Assembly: GCA_040004905.1 (NCBI GenBank)
Contig: JBDTZW010000236.1
Coordinates: 1-48,538 of the forward strand
DNA length: 48,538 bases
Direction of reading: 5' to 3'
DNA from: Acidobacteriota bacterium
Lineage (GTDB): Bacteria; Acidobacteriota; Blastocatellia; Pyrinomonadales; Pyrinomonadaceae
Shown here: positions 19,476 to 29,010 of the stretch, piece after piece
Layout of the letters: each line of letters starts with the position of its first letter
Position numbering within the stretch: the first letter of the stretch is position 1
The notes under the pieces: model-generated
What the model was told of the DNA's origin: nothing
Database searches by the model: none
What the model saw: the letters and a program-made list of their open reading frames with translations, nothing else
Translations under genes and position numbers: made by a program

Positions 19476-19883
19476 ATGCCGGTCAAAGCAGTAGCTATCA
19501 CAGAATCGACTCCCAAGCCCTGCACGGGATTTACGCTTGAGGTCAAAGTAGTTCCAAAGAAAGATCTTAAGCTTCATGTCGTTGTCGACAAGACCTGTGT
19601 AAATAATCAACCCCGTTGGGGGCTGATTTTTGAACTCGATAAAAATGATGTGCAAATCGTGTTCGTATCCTATCAGCCAAAGCTCGATGATACTCAGGCC
19701 CAGGGCGGTATCCAAAAGATGCTTGCCGATAAGAAAATAACGAAGGAGCAGCAGGCGGTCGCAAAAAACGAGATCCTGCCGGCCACGGCCGCCATTGAGG
19801 GTGTTGAGAATCCGACGCCGGCCCAAAAGGCCGCGATCGAACAGGCATCCAGAAAGATGACCGTCCTTCACATCGGCGGTTGA
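19476..19883 (+). CDS. hypothetical 135-aa protein ending in ...MTVLHIGG (C-terminal Gly-Gly)
   Basis: ATG 19476 is preceded by GGAGGA (19466-19471). The track ORF starts at TTG 19449. The N-terminal half looks beta-rich and the middle helical. I recognise no family. Confidence 0.6.
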   Translation: MPVKAVAITESTPKPCTGFTLEVKVVPKKDLKLHVVVDKTCVNNQPRWGLIFELDKNDVQIVFVSYQPKLDDTQAQGGIQKMLADKKITKEQQAVAKNEILPATAAIEGVENPTPAQKAAIEQASRKMTVLHIGG

Positions 19884-19987
19884 TTGTCAGTCCGGAGACC
19901 GTGGAGTCTCGGGGCTTCACCTTGTGGCGATAGAGCGTATTGGCAAATAAGCCAATTGCTTTTCAATACTTTTTGGAGCTTAAGGTC

Positions 19988-21811
19988 ATGCTTGCTTCCA
20001 CACAATTCATTGGTCGCCTTTTTTTGGCGATCGTCATAGTGCTTTTGATCGCCACGTTCGCCGTCTTTGCACAAACCCGGCCGAGTCCTGGAGCCCAGGC
20101 TGGTACGTGTGACGATAGCGATTCGGGACCCCGCTACGTCGCCCGCTCCGTAAAAATAGTTGCACGGTGGGCTCCTCTAATACAGCTACCCCTAAAGCCA
20201 AATGATCCTTTCTCACCAGAGAAGATCAGAGAAACACGCCTTGCGTTTCTTAAAGCGATGGTCGCGGAAAAGGGCACCTTCAATGCGGAATCTATCAGCC
20301 TTGGGAAACTTCCGATCGTCGATGTGAGGTATGTCCGAGTTTGCGGAAGGGTGGTGCCGGAGCCGGACTGCTTTAAAGCGGGTCTTGCGAAAGATTGCGT
20401 TGACGTGGAGGTTCGCCCATTTGCCCTTTCGACTGATCCGGCTTTTCTCGCATCCGTCTTTCAGCCAATTCCGCGATCGAATAAGTTTAGCTTTCTAAGC
20501 AATGTCTCGCGTCCTCTTCGCCTACTTAACCCAAAATTCAGCCTCGAGCGGGATGAGAAACTAGGAACGATGCCCGGGTTTGAAGTTTCAACTGATTTGT
20601 TGTCTCTGGGGAAAATTGTACATGGCGAACCCGGCGAAGCAAAAAAAGTCTCGTTGATGCTCGCGGCAAATGCTCGCAAGTCAATTGGACGCGATTTCTA
20701 TAATTCTCAGACACAGCTGGCGTTAAAGGTGAGTGAGCCGAATGAGAATATCGAGAGTTTAGGACTAGATACCGCTTTTACCTCCGATGCCGAGCCACAA
20801 CGCGACTCCGTTTATCATCGCAATATGTTTAGCATCGGTGGGCACATCGCATTTACTCCGGCAGTCGGGGTCGTAAATCAGATCGTCGTGAGCGGAGGTT
20901 ATCGCCGGTCAGAAAATAACCTCGCGGGAGATGGGGTGAGGCCACGAATTTCGAGATCCGAAAACTCGTTTGAAGGCCGTGCATTTTTTGACGGGCGCAT
21001 TGCAGAAGGTTTTGCCCGCTTTGGAATTTGGTTTGAGCGCAGTTCTCCGGCGGCCTCCTCCTCCCGCTACAACCGAGTCGCAGGGCTCATCGGCTATCAG
21101 AAAGAGATCCCCGTCTCGGGAGATGCCATCGGTATCGAGGCTCTTGCCGGTACCGGATGGGCGTCGAACTCAGCACCGGAATACGCATTATTTTATGGCG
21201 GCAATGGCCTTAATAATTTTCTTTATGAGGAACCCCTTGATTTCGAGATAAGCCGGATGCCGGCGGGGCCGCTCATGCGTTCGTTTGGCAAGAACCAGGC
21301 CGGTCTCCCCGCCACTCTCAATCGCCAGGTAGGCGCAAATTCGTACCGGCATCTCAATCTGACTGTCAGCATTCCTATCCCCGGGCTCTCAAAGCCTTTG
21401 ATCCCCGATGAGGTCATAAATGAAAACCCGCGAATCACGCTTCGCGATGTCGTCGATTTTGCTGTCAATACAGGAGAGGAAGCATTGAGTTCAAACCTTC
21501 AGGACAAGGGTCTAACGGAAGAGGAGGCGGACAAGAAGGCGGCAAAAACATTTGGTCAGATAAGACCCGGTGTAAGATTTCTGACAAATTACGCAAAGAT
21601 ATATGCAGTCAAACCGCTCGTCATGTTTGACACATCGAGTATGAGGCAGAGAGGCACAAACTTTCTGACCAGATACGCCATTGGCGGCGGCATTCAACTG
21701 ACACTGGCGGTCGCAAAATTTGAACTTGGCTATATGCACAACACAAGGCGATTTGCGGGCGACGCCAGAGGGAATGTGGTCATGCGGCTGGTATTTCAGA
21801 ATCTGTTCTAG
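19988..21811 (+). CDS. outer-membrane beta-barrel protein (Omp85/surface-antigen-like)
   Basis: Signal peptide MLASTQFIGRLFLAIVIVLLIATFAVFAQ. Alternating beta-strand pattern through the C-terminal 400 aa. Terminal beta-signal ...VVMRLVFQNLF ends in Phe. ATG 19988 follows GGAG. Confidence 0.7.
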   Translation: MLASTQFIGRLFLAIVIVLLIATFAVFAQTRPSPGAQAGTCDDSDSGPRYVARSVKIVARWAPLIQLPLKPNDPFSPEKIRETRLAFLKAMVAEKGTFNAESISLGKLPIVDVRYVRVCGRVVPEPDCFKAGLAKDCVDVEVRPFALSTDPAFLASVFQPIPRSNKFSFLSNVSRPLRLLNPKFSLERDEKLGTMPGFEVSTDLLSLGKIVHGEPGEAKKVSLMLAANARKSIGRDFYNSQTQLALKVSEPNENIESLGLDTAFTSDAEPQRDSVYHRNMFSIGGHIAFTPAVGVVNQIVVSGGYRRSENNLAGDGVRPRISRSENSFEGRAFFDGRIAEGFARFGIWFERSSPAASSSRYNRVAGLIGYQKEIPVSGDAIGIEALAGTGWASNSAPEYALFYGGNGLNNFLYEEPLDFEISRMPAGPLMRSFGKNQAGLPATLNRQVGANSYRHLNLTVSIPIPGLSKPLIPDEVINENPRITLRDVVDFAVNTGEEALSSNLQDKGLTEEEADKKAAKTFGQIRPGVRFLTNYAKIYAVKPLVMFDTSSMRQRGTNFLTRYAIGGGIQLTLAVAKFELGYMHNTRRFAGDARGNVVMRLVFQNLF

Positions 21812-21928
21812 GGTATGGTCACTTTTGATCTGTTGAAAGAAGAGTTAACTGCCAAAATCACGTCTGACGCGTGATAGACACACCAGCTTTCGGTGGTCAA
21901 TTGGGCTGAGGGCGTCTTTGGAGGAAAT

Positions 21929-22660
21929 ATGGATGCATTTAATTATTCTTGGAAAGCACTCGGAGCTTTTGCCGCTTTTCTGGCCATATTTGGCCTCATG
22001 GTTGCTCTTCTTTGGTGGCTCGATAAGCTTGGAGCAACGTGTTATATCAATCTGCCGGAAAAGGCCGATTTGTTTTCGCTTCTTACGACGCTCCCTTTTG
22101 TTGCGTTCTATCTTGTCGTGCTGATCGGGGCTACCGCAGGCTATGCCCGCTCGGCGATCGTCGCGGACACATTGCCGATTTCGAAAATGTTTGATGCGGA
22201 GCTGTCAAAACGGACGATGAACAGCGCCTCGATCAAAACCAAGGTGCGAAGCGGCGGTCAGATAAAAGCAGATGATACTTTTTCAAGGGCAATGGATAAT
22301 CTGATCTCTTCAAGAGTGCCGATCTTAGCGGTCGTTGACGACGACAATAAGGTAACAGGTGTTGTCACCGGCGTCGATATTATGAAGATGCTCCAAACAG
22401 AACTCGACAAGACGGACGGGACACCCTTAACCGATCGACTAGAGAATATATTGGTCAAAGACCTCCAACCTCGTCCGCCGGTCGTGGCCGCGACCAGCGA
22501 CAATCTCCGTCAGGTCGCTTTTAAGATGATCGTCAACCAGTTTACAAAGCTAATCGTTGTTCAAGACGCAAGCTCAATGAAATTTGCGGGCACAGTCGAT
22601 ATGCTCGATCTGGTAAGCGAGATATTTGACGGCGACGAAGAGAAGAAAAATCAGAATTAA
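21929..22660 (+). CDS. membrane-anchored CBS-domain-pair protein
   Basis: Two N-terminal TM helices (ALGAFAAFLAIFGLMVALLWW, LPFVAFYLVVLIGATAGY), then two CBS-like units (VPILAVVDDDNKVTGVVTGVDIMKML; FTKLIVVQDASSMKFAGTVDMLDLV). ATG 21929 follows GGAGGA. Confidence 0.8.
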   Translation: MDAFNYSWKALGAFAAFLAIFGLMVALLWWLDKLGATCYINLPEKADLFSLLTTLPFVAFYLVVLIGATAGYARSAIVADTLPISKMFDAELSKRTMNSASIKTKVRSGGQIKADDTFSRAMDNLISSRVPILAVVDDDNKVTGVVTGVDIMKMLQTELDKTDGTPLTDRLENILVKDLQPRPPVVAATSDNLRQVAFKMIVNQFTKLIVVQDASSMKFAGTVDMLDLVSEIFDGDEEKKNQN

Positions 22661-22695
22661 TCTGAATTTAAGACAAACAAGGAATCATAAAAGCC

Positions 22696-23316
22696 ATGAA
22701 AAAAATTACAACATCCCAGCTCCATCTTCTGGCACCCAACCTGCGATCGGTGTATGCGACGGCCTTTCAAACGGCTGACGCACTTCTCGCCGAATATTAG
22801 ATCAATGAGAACGGGCTCCGTCTATCTCATTTTATGGCCCAGATCCTTCACGAATCGGGTGCATTTACGATCCTCGAAGAAAGTCTCAATTATTCGGCCA
22901 AGCGAATGACCCAGGTCTGGCCATCGAGATTTCCTACGGTTGCCGATGCCGAGCCTTTTGCGCACAATCCACAGAAACTTGCCAATAAGGTTTATAACGG
23001 ACGAATGGGCAATGCTCAGGGGTCGGATGACGGCTGGCATTATATCGGCCGCGGTCTGATGCAGATCACCGGCCTGGACTCATATACGCACTTTGGAAAC
23101 AAGTTAGGAATTGACCTTGTTGGTAATCCCGCCGTCGCCTATTCATCTGCTTCGTGCCTAAAGATTGCGGCCGAAGAATGGACCGAGAATGGTTGTAACG
23201 CCTTAGCTGACGCGGACAAAGTCGTAAGTATTACGATCAAAATAAATGGTGGCAAGATCGGGCTTGCCGAGCGGAAAGAATGGCTTCTTCGGACCAAGCA
23301 TATTTGGAACGCTTAG
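22696..23316 (+). pseudogene. GH19-family (phage-endolysin/chitinase-like) gene interrupted by an in-frame TAG
   Basis: ATG 22696 gives MKKITTSQLHLLAPNLRSVYATAFQTADALLAEY, then TAG at 22798-22800. The same frame continues INENGLRLSHFMAQILHESGAF...YNGRMGN...GWHYIGRGLMQITG, the typical GH19-like signature. Track ORF 22834..23316 is the distal part. Confidence 0.8.
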
Positions 23317-23439
23317 ATTTCAGTCTTAAAACATATGACTTACGAACTTAGAGCTTTTAATGCCCAAAAAGGTTTAAATTTCTCGCAATCAAAGTTTAAA
23401 CTAGCTGTCATGATTTCGTTACGACGGAGGTAGTAATTG

Positions 23440-24996
23440 ATGGAGATACCTGACCAATCCTTTGGCAACATTGCCCTCTCGCTTTCCGGAGGCGGATACC
23501 GAGCCGCGGCGTTTCACCTCGGTACGCTCGAAATGCTCAACGAGCTCGGGCTGCTTTCTTCGGTGACTATCCTTTCAACCGTATCGGGGGGCACGATCAC
23601 GGGAATGGCTTTCGCACTGGCTGATATGTCCGGGGAGGATGCTTTCAATTCTGTCAAAAATCTTTTGTACGATTTTATGCTTTTTGGCGGAAAGAATGTT
23701 ATCACTGCCGCTCTTTCACAACTCGAACCCTCCTCACACATTAACAACGATGATTTTATGCCAAGCGTTATAAGGGCCGCAGCATCCATATACGCATCGC
23801 CCAAATTGTTCGGCGAGAAAACCTTTGACGCATTGCCGGTCGCCGGATCGCGTCTGAGAGAGATCTCATTTAACGCCACGGATTTTAGAAACGGAAGTAG
23901 TTTCCGATTTCAGAAGAGCGCTGGCGGGTTCGCCCCGAGCGGAAGCGATCACGCGGCGATCCCGCCAGGTAGGGTCCTCGAAGCGGTTCGCCTGGCCGAT
24001 ATTGTAGCGGCCTCCTCCTGTTTTCCGGGCGGATTTGAACCTCTTCGCTTTCCGTCGGATTTCGTTTGGACGGATCCAGCTCTTTCCTACGTCCAAACGG
24101 CGTTAAAAGATAATTTTGGCGAGATACCGTTAATGGACGGCGGCGTGTTCGACAATCAAGGCATAGATAGCATACTAAATGTATTACATCGGCAGAACGT
24201 TCTGGCGGATCTTTTGATCGTCTCCGACACGACCCATCGAGCCAGTACCTTATTAGAGTTTCCTACGGCGCCTCGACGCCGAGGCATATCGCTTCGATCG
24301 ATAGCGATATTACTTATCGCGGCGTTTATTTGCTCGATAGTTACAATCGGAGCATTTCTTCAAGAGCTTTGCGAGTCGATTGCAAACGGAGGCCCCGGAT
24401 GGTTTCGCGGAACTTTCATGTTCGGCTTTCCTTTGGGATTGTCAATTTTGACTGCAGTTCTGCTCGCGGGAGCAGGCTGGGGTTGGTGGTGGGCGAGTCG
24501 TCTCACGTATGAGAAAACAGGTGTTAAACTCTGGCGCGACGCCGGTAAACTGACGATCCCACAAATCATCGATTTGATAGGTGGAAGGGTCAAATCGGTA
24601 TTAGTGATGACAAGTTCGGTGTTTATGGGCCGGATACGGGCTCTCGGCTTTGACCGGGTATATACGGACCCGAATATTCGGCCTACAGTGATGCCAAATT
24701 TGATTTATGACTTAGATAACTCTCCGCTGTGGGGTAAAGAGATCGTCGATCGAAAGCTATCGCCATCAGATCACCTGCGAACCGTAGCGAAGCAGGCCGA
24801 ATCATTCCCGACTACTCTTCGCATCGAAAAAGATGAACTCGATAATCTCATTTTATGCGGCAGGGCGACGACATGCTTTAAGGTGATCAAATACCTGCTC
24901 CAACACCGGGCAGATAAGATCGATGATGGCGTGTCACCAGAATTTCATCTGTTCTCTCATGCCACGAATATTTGGAAAGATTTGAACCGACGGTGA
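23440..24996 (+). CDS. patatin-like phospholipase with internal TM segments
   Basis: Oxyanion motif LSGGGYRAAAF, nucleophile elbow STVSGGT, catalytic Asp in MDGGVFDNQG. Two hydrophobic helices follow the catalytic domain (IAILLIAAFICSIVTIGAFL; PLGLSILTAVLLAGAGWGWWWA). Confidence 0.9.
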   Translation: MEIPDQSFGNIALSLSGGGYRAAAFHLGTLEMLNELGLLSSVTILSTVSGGTITGMAFALADMSGEDAFNSVKNLLYDFMLFGGKNVITAALSQLEPSSHINNDDFMPSVIRAAASIYASPKLFGEKTFDALPVAGSRLREISFNATDFRNGSSFRFQKSAGGFAPSGSDHAAIPPGRVLEAVRLADIVAASSCFPGGFEPLRFPSDFVWTDPALSYVQTALKDNFGEIPLMDGGVFDNQGIDSILNVLHRQNVLADLLIVSDTTHRASTLLEFPTAPRRRGISLRSIAILLIAAFICSIVTIGAFLQELCESIANGGPGWFRGTFMFGFPLGLSILTAVLLAGAGWGWWWASRLTYEKTGVKLWRDAGKLTIPQIIDLIGGRVKSVLVMTSSVFMGRIRALGFDRVYTDPNIRPTVMPNLIYDLDNSPLWGKEIVDRKLSPSDHLRTVAKQAESFPTTLRIEKDELDNLILCGRATTCFKVIKYLLQHRADKIDDGVSPEFHLFSHATNIWKDLNRR

Positions 24997-25037
24997 AACG
25001 TTTTTTCTAAACGATTCTCTCTGTTCGACCCGAAACT

Positions 25038-27293
25038 ATGATTGACATTACCAAAACCACTGTTCAGATCCCTGTACCAGTATACCGGCTGCTGCGTGGG
25101 TATAGCTTTGATCCAAGCTTGTCTGTCCAACTCGACACGGCTCTAATTAACGAGGCTGTTTTTAAGATCGTCTGGGAAAAGGGCCTCCAGCCAGGTCCGG
25201 TCGGTGAATATCTCGAGGTGATCGACTTCGATCCCGCGAGTGGTTGCTTTTACGAACCGGTCGATCTTAATGACAAATACATTCTTGCGACCGACGGGCT
25301 TGTGCCGTCCGAGAGTAATCCTCAGTTTCATCAGCAGATGGTTTATGCCGTCGCTATGACTACGATCCAAAACTTTGAAAAAGCTTTGGGCCGGCGTGCC
25401 CTCTGGTCGTCCTATCGGAAAGTACAGTCCGATAACCTAACTAAAAGTGCGGAATATTACGACGAATTTTACCAACATCTTCGTATTTATCCTCACGCCT
25501 TGCGACAGGCCAATGCCTACTACAGTCCGGCCAAAAAGGCTCTTCTTTTTGGCTATTTTCCAGCATCGGCCAATGCTCCCGGCGAGCATGCTCCCAACGC
25601 CGTGGTATTCACCTGTCTGGCTCATGACATAGTCGCCCATGAGACGACCCACGCACTTCTTGACGGCATACACCGGCGATATATCGAACCGAGTCAACAG
25701 GACACTCTGGCATTTCATGAGGCCTTTGCCGATATTGTGGCTCTTTTTCAGCATTTCTCGTTTCCCGAGGTACTTAGGCATCAGATCGCAAAAACGCGAG
25801 GCGACCTCGCATCCCAGAGCCTGCTAGGTCAGTTGGCTCAGCAATTCGGACGTGCCATCGGACAATATGGAGCCTTACGCGACGCGATCGGAGAATTTGA
25901 CGTAAAAGAAAACAAATGGGAGCCAAAACAGCCCGACCCGAATGATTACCAGACAATTGTCGAGCCACATGCCCGAGGAGCCATCTTGGTGGCTGCCGTG
26001 TTTGAGGCGTTTATATCTATCTATAAAAGTCGTGTTGCCGATCTTTTACGGATCGCTTCGAATGGTACCGGGGTCTTATTGCCCGGCGAACTCCCACCAG
26101 ATCTGGTCAACCGTCTTGCCGATACAGCCGCTAAATCGGCCCAGCAAGTCTTGAATATGTGCATTCGTGCTCTCGACTATTGCCCGCCCGTCGATATCAA
26201 TTTTGGAGACTATTTAAGGGCGATCATTACCGCCGATTCCGATCTGATCCCGGATGACGATCTCGGCTACCGAGTCGCTTTTATCGAATCATTTAGGAGG
26301 CGGGGCATCTATCCACGCGATCTGAGGACGCTATCGGAGGACAGCCTTTCCTGGAACCGAATCCGCGACGACCAACAACAGTTTATTTTCCGTCATCTCG
26401 CATCCCGCGTTCGATTTTTCGTACACCAGCTTACTTATTTGAATGAATTTCCAAGAATCGAAAATCTGCAGGATTTAAATGACCACGTTATCGAACTTAC
26501 TAACGAAAATATCGACTACTTGAAAGGAAAGTTGATACCCCGGATCGATCAGCGTTGGAGCGAGATCCCAAAAGAAGCCAAGGAAAACGCAAGGAAGGAA
26601 ATTCTGGGTGAAGGTTCGGTTCCCCCAGATAGATGGCAATCGGTAAAGAAACAAAATATTTGCGATCACAAATACACAGACCGGGAACTGGCCGAAATGA
26701 TTATCTGGGAAACTATGTCGGACCGCGAAAGGATATTTGCATTGTCGCATACGGCTCAAGGGGCTCTTCATTTCTGGCTCGCGACATTCAAACAAGATTC
26801 CAACTCCGATGATGTAAAGAAATTCGAAGAACTTACAGGCCTTCGCTTCTGGCAATCACCGGAAAAGGACGAATCAGCACTCGGGTTGCATTATAAGAAC
26901 GGCAAATATGCGTTCGAAGTTCATGCGTTTCGGGCGGCCCGCCGTGTCGGTCCCGATGGCGAACGGGTTGACGAGGTCCTTATAACGATAACGCAAAAGC
27001 GCGACGTGGGCATAGTTGCGGATCTGCCTGCGAGTTACTATGCAACACCAGAGGATGAACGCGACGAATCGCAAACCTTCGAATTTCGAGGCGGATGTAC
27101 ATTGATCCTTGATCTACAGACATTGAAGCTTAAGTACGTAGTTAAAAAACTAATCACTGACAACGAACGTGTGAAACGTCAACGCGAATACCGAAACGGC
27201 GAAGAACAGGCGTCGCTTTACGCCACGTATTTTGGACGGCCGGGCCAAAGTGGAGATGGAGAACCCTTTGCACTGCTGCACCAGGAATTTTGA
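25038..27293 (+). CDS. cytoplasmic thermolysin-like (gluzincin) metallopeptidase, 751 aa
   Basis: HExxH in IVAHETTHALL, with the third ligand motif FHEAFADIV 23 residues later (M4-like HExxH...EAxxD). No signal peptide. Long uncharacterised N- and C-terminal regions. Confidence 0.8.
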   Translation: MIDITKTTVQIPVPVYRLLRGYSFDPSLSVQLDTALINEAVFKIVWEKGLQPGPVGEYLEVIDFDPASGCFYEPVDLNDKYILATDGLVPSESNPQFHQQMVYAVAMTTIQNFEKALGRRALWSSYRKVQSDNLTKSAEYYDEFYQHLRIYPHALRQANAYYSPAKKALLFGYFPASANAPGEHAPNAVVFTCLAHDIVAHETTHALLDGIHRRYIEPSQQDTLAFHEAFADIVALFQHFSFPEVLRHQIAKTRGDLASQSLLGQLAQQFGRAIGQYGALRDAIGEFDVKENKWEPKQPDPNDYQTIVEPHARGAILVAAVFEAFISIYKSRVADLLRIASNGTGVLLPGELPPDLVNRLADTAAKSAQQVLNMCIRALDYCPPVDINFGDYLRAIITADSDLIPDDDLGYRVAFIESFRRRGIYPRDLRTLSEDSLSWNRIRDDQQQFIFRHLASRVRFFVHQLTYLNEFPRIENLQDLNDHVIELTNENIDYLKGKLIPRIDQRWSEIPKEAKENARKEILGEGSVPPDRWQSVKKQNICDHKYTDRELAEMIIWETMSDRERIFALSHTAQGALHFWLATFKQDSNSDDVKKFEELTGLRFWQSPEKDESALGLHYKNGKYAFEVHAFRAARRVGPDGERVDEVLITITQKRDVGIVADLPASYYATPEDERDESQTFEFRGGCTLILDLQTLKLKYVVKKLITDNERVKRQREYRNGEEQASLYATYFGRPGQSGDGEPFALLHQEF

Positions 27294-27312
27294 TCTTTTG
27301 GAGAAAGAAACT

Positions 27313-28779
27313 ATGCCAAACAATAACGGCGCCTCAGTTCGAATCAGGATGTACCGTCACGGATTAGGCGATTGTTTTATGCTGACATTTTCGGCGGAGG
27401 GCAAACGCGACTTCGATATGATGATCGATTGCGGTTTACTCGTCGGCACCAAGAATGGGGACGCAATTATGCAGGCAGTTGCCGCAGATATCAAACAAAA
27501 TTTGGCCGCCAAAGAGAAGGTTGATGGAAAAGAACCGATCGATGTTGTAGTTCTGACACATGAACACGCCGACCATATTTCCGGCTTTACGCAGGCTCAG
27601 GCAATCTTCGACCAAATTCACCTTGGTGAGTTCTGGGCTGGATGGGTTGATGATGTCAATAATCCGAATTATCAGGCTGTACGGGATCGTTTCAAGAAGC
27701 AGATCACAGGTCTTAAGGCAGCGGTGGCGAAGATGTCGAATGATCAACAGTCTTTGAAAGATACTATTAATGCTCTGACAAATGAATTTTTTATGGACGA
27801 TGTCCTGGGAGCAAACGGGTCCACTACCGGACGGTCGCCGGCATGGGATTACGTAACCGATAAATCTGCGTCCCAGCGTTATTTCAGCCCCGGTGATATG
27901 ATCGAGATACCTGGGTTTGAGGATCTTCGCATATATGTATTGGGGCCACCTGAGGATTTCGAAACATTTACCCGCGTTGATCCTCCCAGTGACGAAACTT
28001 ATCGAGATAAGGGCTCCAATTTCACGCTTGCGGACAGTTTTTTTGCGGCGGTGACTCCAAGTGCCGACTCGCTGACTGGTGAATTGTGTCAGCCGTTTGA
28101 AGGGCATTTGCGGATCGAAATAGACCGCGCCGCCGATGATGACTTCTTTGAAAATAGATATGGATTTGCCGAAAACGCGCCGAATCAATGGCGCCGGATC
28201 AATGATGACTGGCTTTCTATAGCCGGCGGACTCGCACTCAATCTGGACTCGTATACGAACAATACTTGCCTCGCACTCGCAATTGAATTCGTCAAAAGCG
28301 GCAAGGTTTTGCTTTTCCCGGGCGATGCTCAATTTGCCAATTGGATCTCATGGCAGAAACTGTTATGGCAAATTCCCGACGGAACCGGCGGTAAGCGAAC
28401 GGTTAAGACAGAAGATCTCTTAAATCAAACCGTTTTTTACAAAGTCGGTCATCACGGGAGCCATAATGCCACTTTAAAGACGCATGGACTCGAAATGATG
28501 ACCAATTCCGAACTCATTGCGATGATCCCGGTCAGCCGCACCAAAGCAAAGTCCAAAAAATGGGAAATGCCCGAAGAGAATCTCTTGAATCGCCTCGTCG
28601 CTCGAACTCGTGGCCGCGTTATTTTCGCCGACGAAAGCGATATTACCGCTTTAGAATCCAGAAGTCTCGATCCGGATTTCACAGCCAAGGTGAAATTCGG
28701 CGATAAAACCTTGGTACGAGATCAGGACAATCCAGAGGTGTTGGAGCCGATTTACGTAGAATTCACGATTGCGGGATAG
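27313..28779 (+). CDS. MBL-fold metallo-hydrolase, 488 aa
   Basis: VVVLTHEHADHISGF (HxHxDH) and distal KVGHHGSHN. ATG 27313 follows GGAGAAAG and lies 19 nt after the peptidase stop. The track ORF start 27232 sits inside the upstream gene. Confidence 0.85.
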   Translation: MPNNNGASVRIRMYRHGLGDCFMLTFSAEGKRDFDMMIDCGLLVGTKNGDAIMQAVAADIKQNLAAKEKVDGKEPIDVVVLTHEHADHISGFTQAQAIFDQIHLGEFWAGWVDDVNNPNYQAVRDRFKKQITGLKAAVAKMSNDQQSLKDTINALTNEFFMDDVLGANGSTTGRSPAWDYVTDKSASQRYFSPGDMIEIPGFEDLRIYVLGPPEDFETFTRVDPPSDETYRDKGSNFTLADSFFAAVTPSADSLTGELCQPFEGHLRIEIDRAADDDFFENRYGFAENAPNQWRRINDDWLSIAGGLALNLDSYTNNTCLALAIEFVKSGKVLLFPGDAQFANWISWQKLLWQIPDGTGGKRTVKTEDLLNQTVFYKVGHHGSHNATLKTHGLEMMTNSELIAMIPVSRTKAKSKKWEMPEENLLNRLVARTRGRVIFADESDITALESRSLDPDFTAKVKFGDKTLVRDQDNPEVLEPIYVEFTIAG

Positions 28780-29010
28780 AAAGGGTGTGCCTCATCTTGT
28801 GAACTTTCGAAACTATTTAAATGGAGCGAAGACTCCGACGAGCCGAGAAACATCTAGGATGAATTCGTCCCCGATTAGTTTCCCGGGCTAGGAACAGGAC
28901 GCATCACGGTACCAGACCTCGGAGTCTCGGCCACCCCGTTCGGGATAAAATTACCTAGAAAAAAATGTCTCTGATGGTTACGACTCGTCTAGGGCGTCAT
29001 TCGTGGCTCC

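Noticed and set aside
27436-28332. Long antisense or overlapping track ORFs (e.g. 27436..28332 -, 2174..2884 -, 3701..4339 -, 5540..6334 +, 32408..33157 +, 36130..36885 +, 38071..38631 +, 13178..13789 -).
   Set aside because: Each lies entirely opposite or inside a gene with strong domain signatures. Their products are Arg/Ser/Pro-rich and motif-less, as expected for shadow ORFs.
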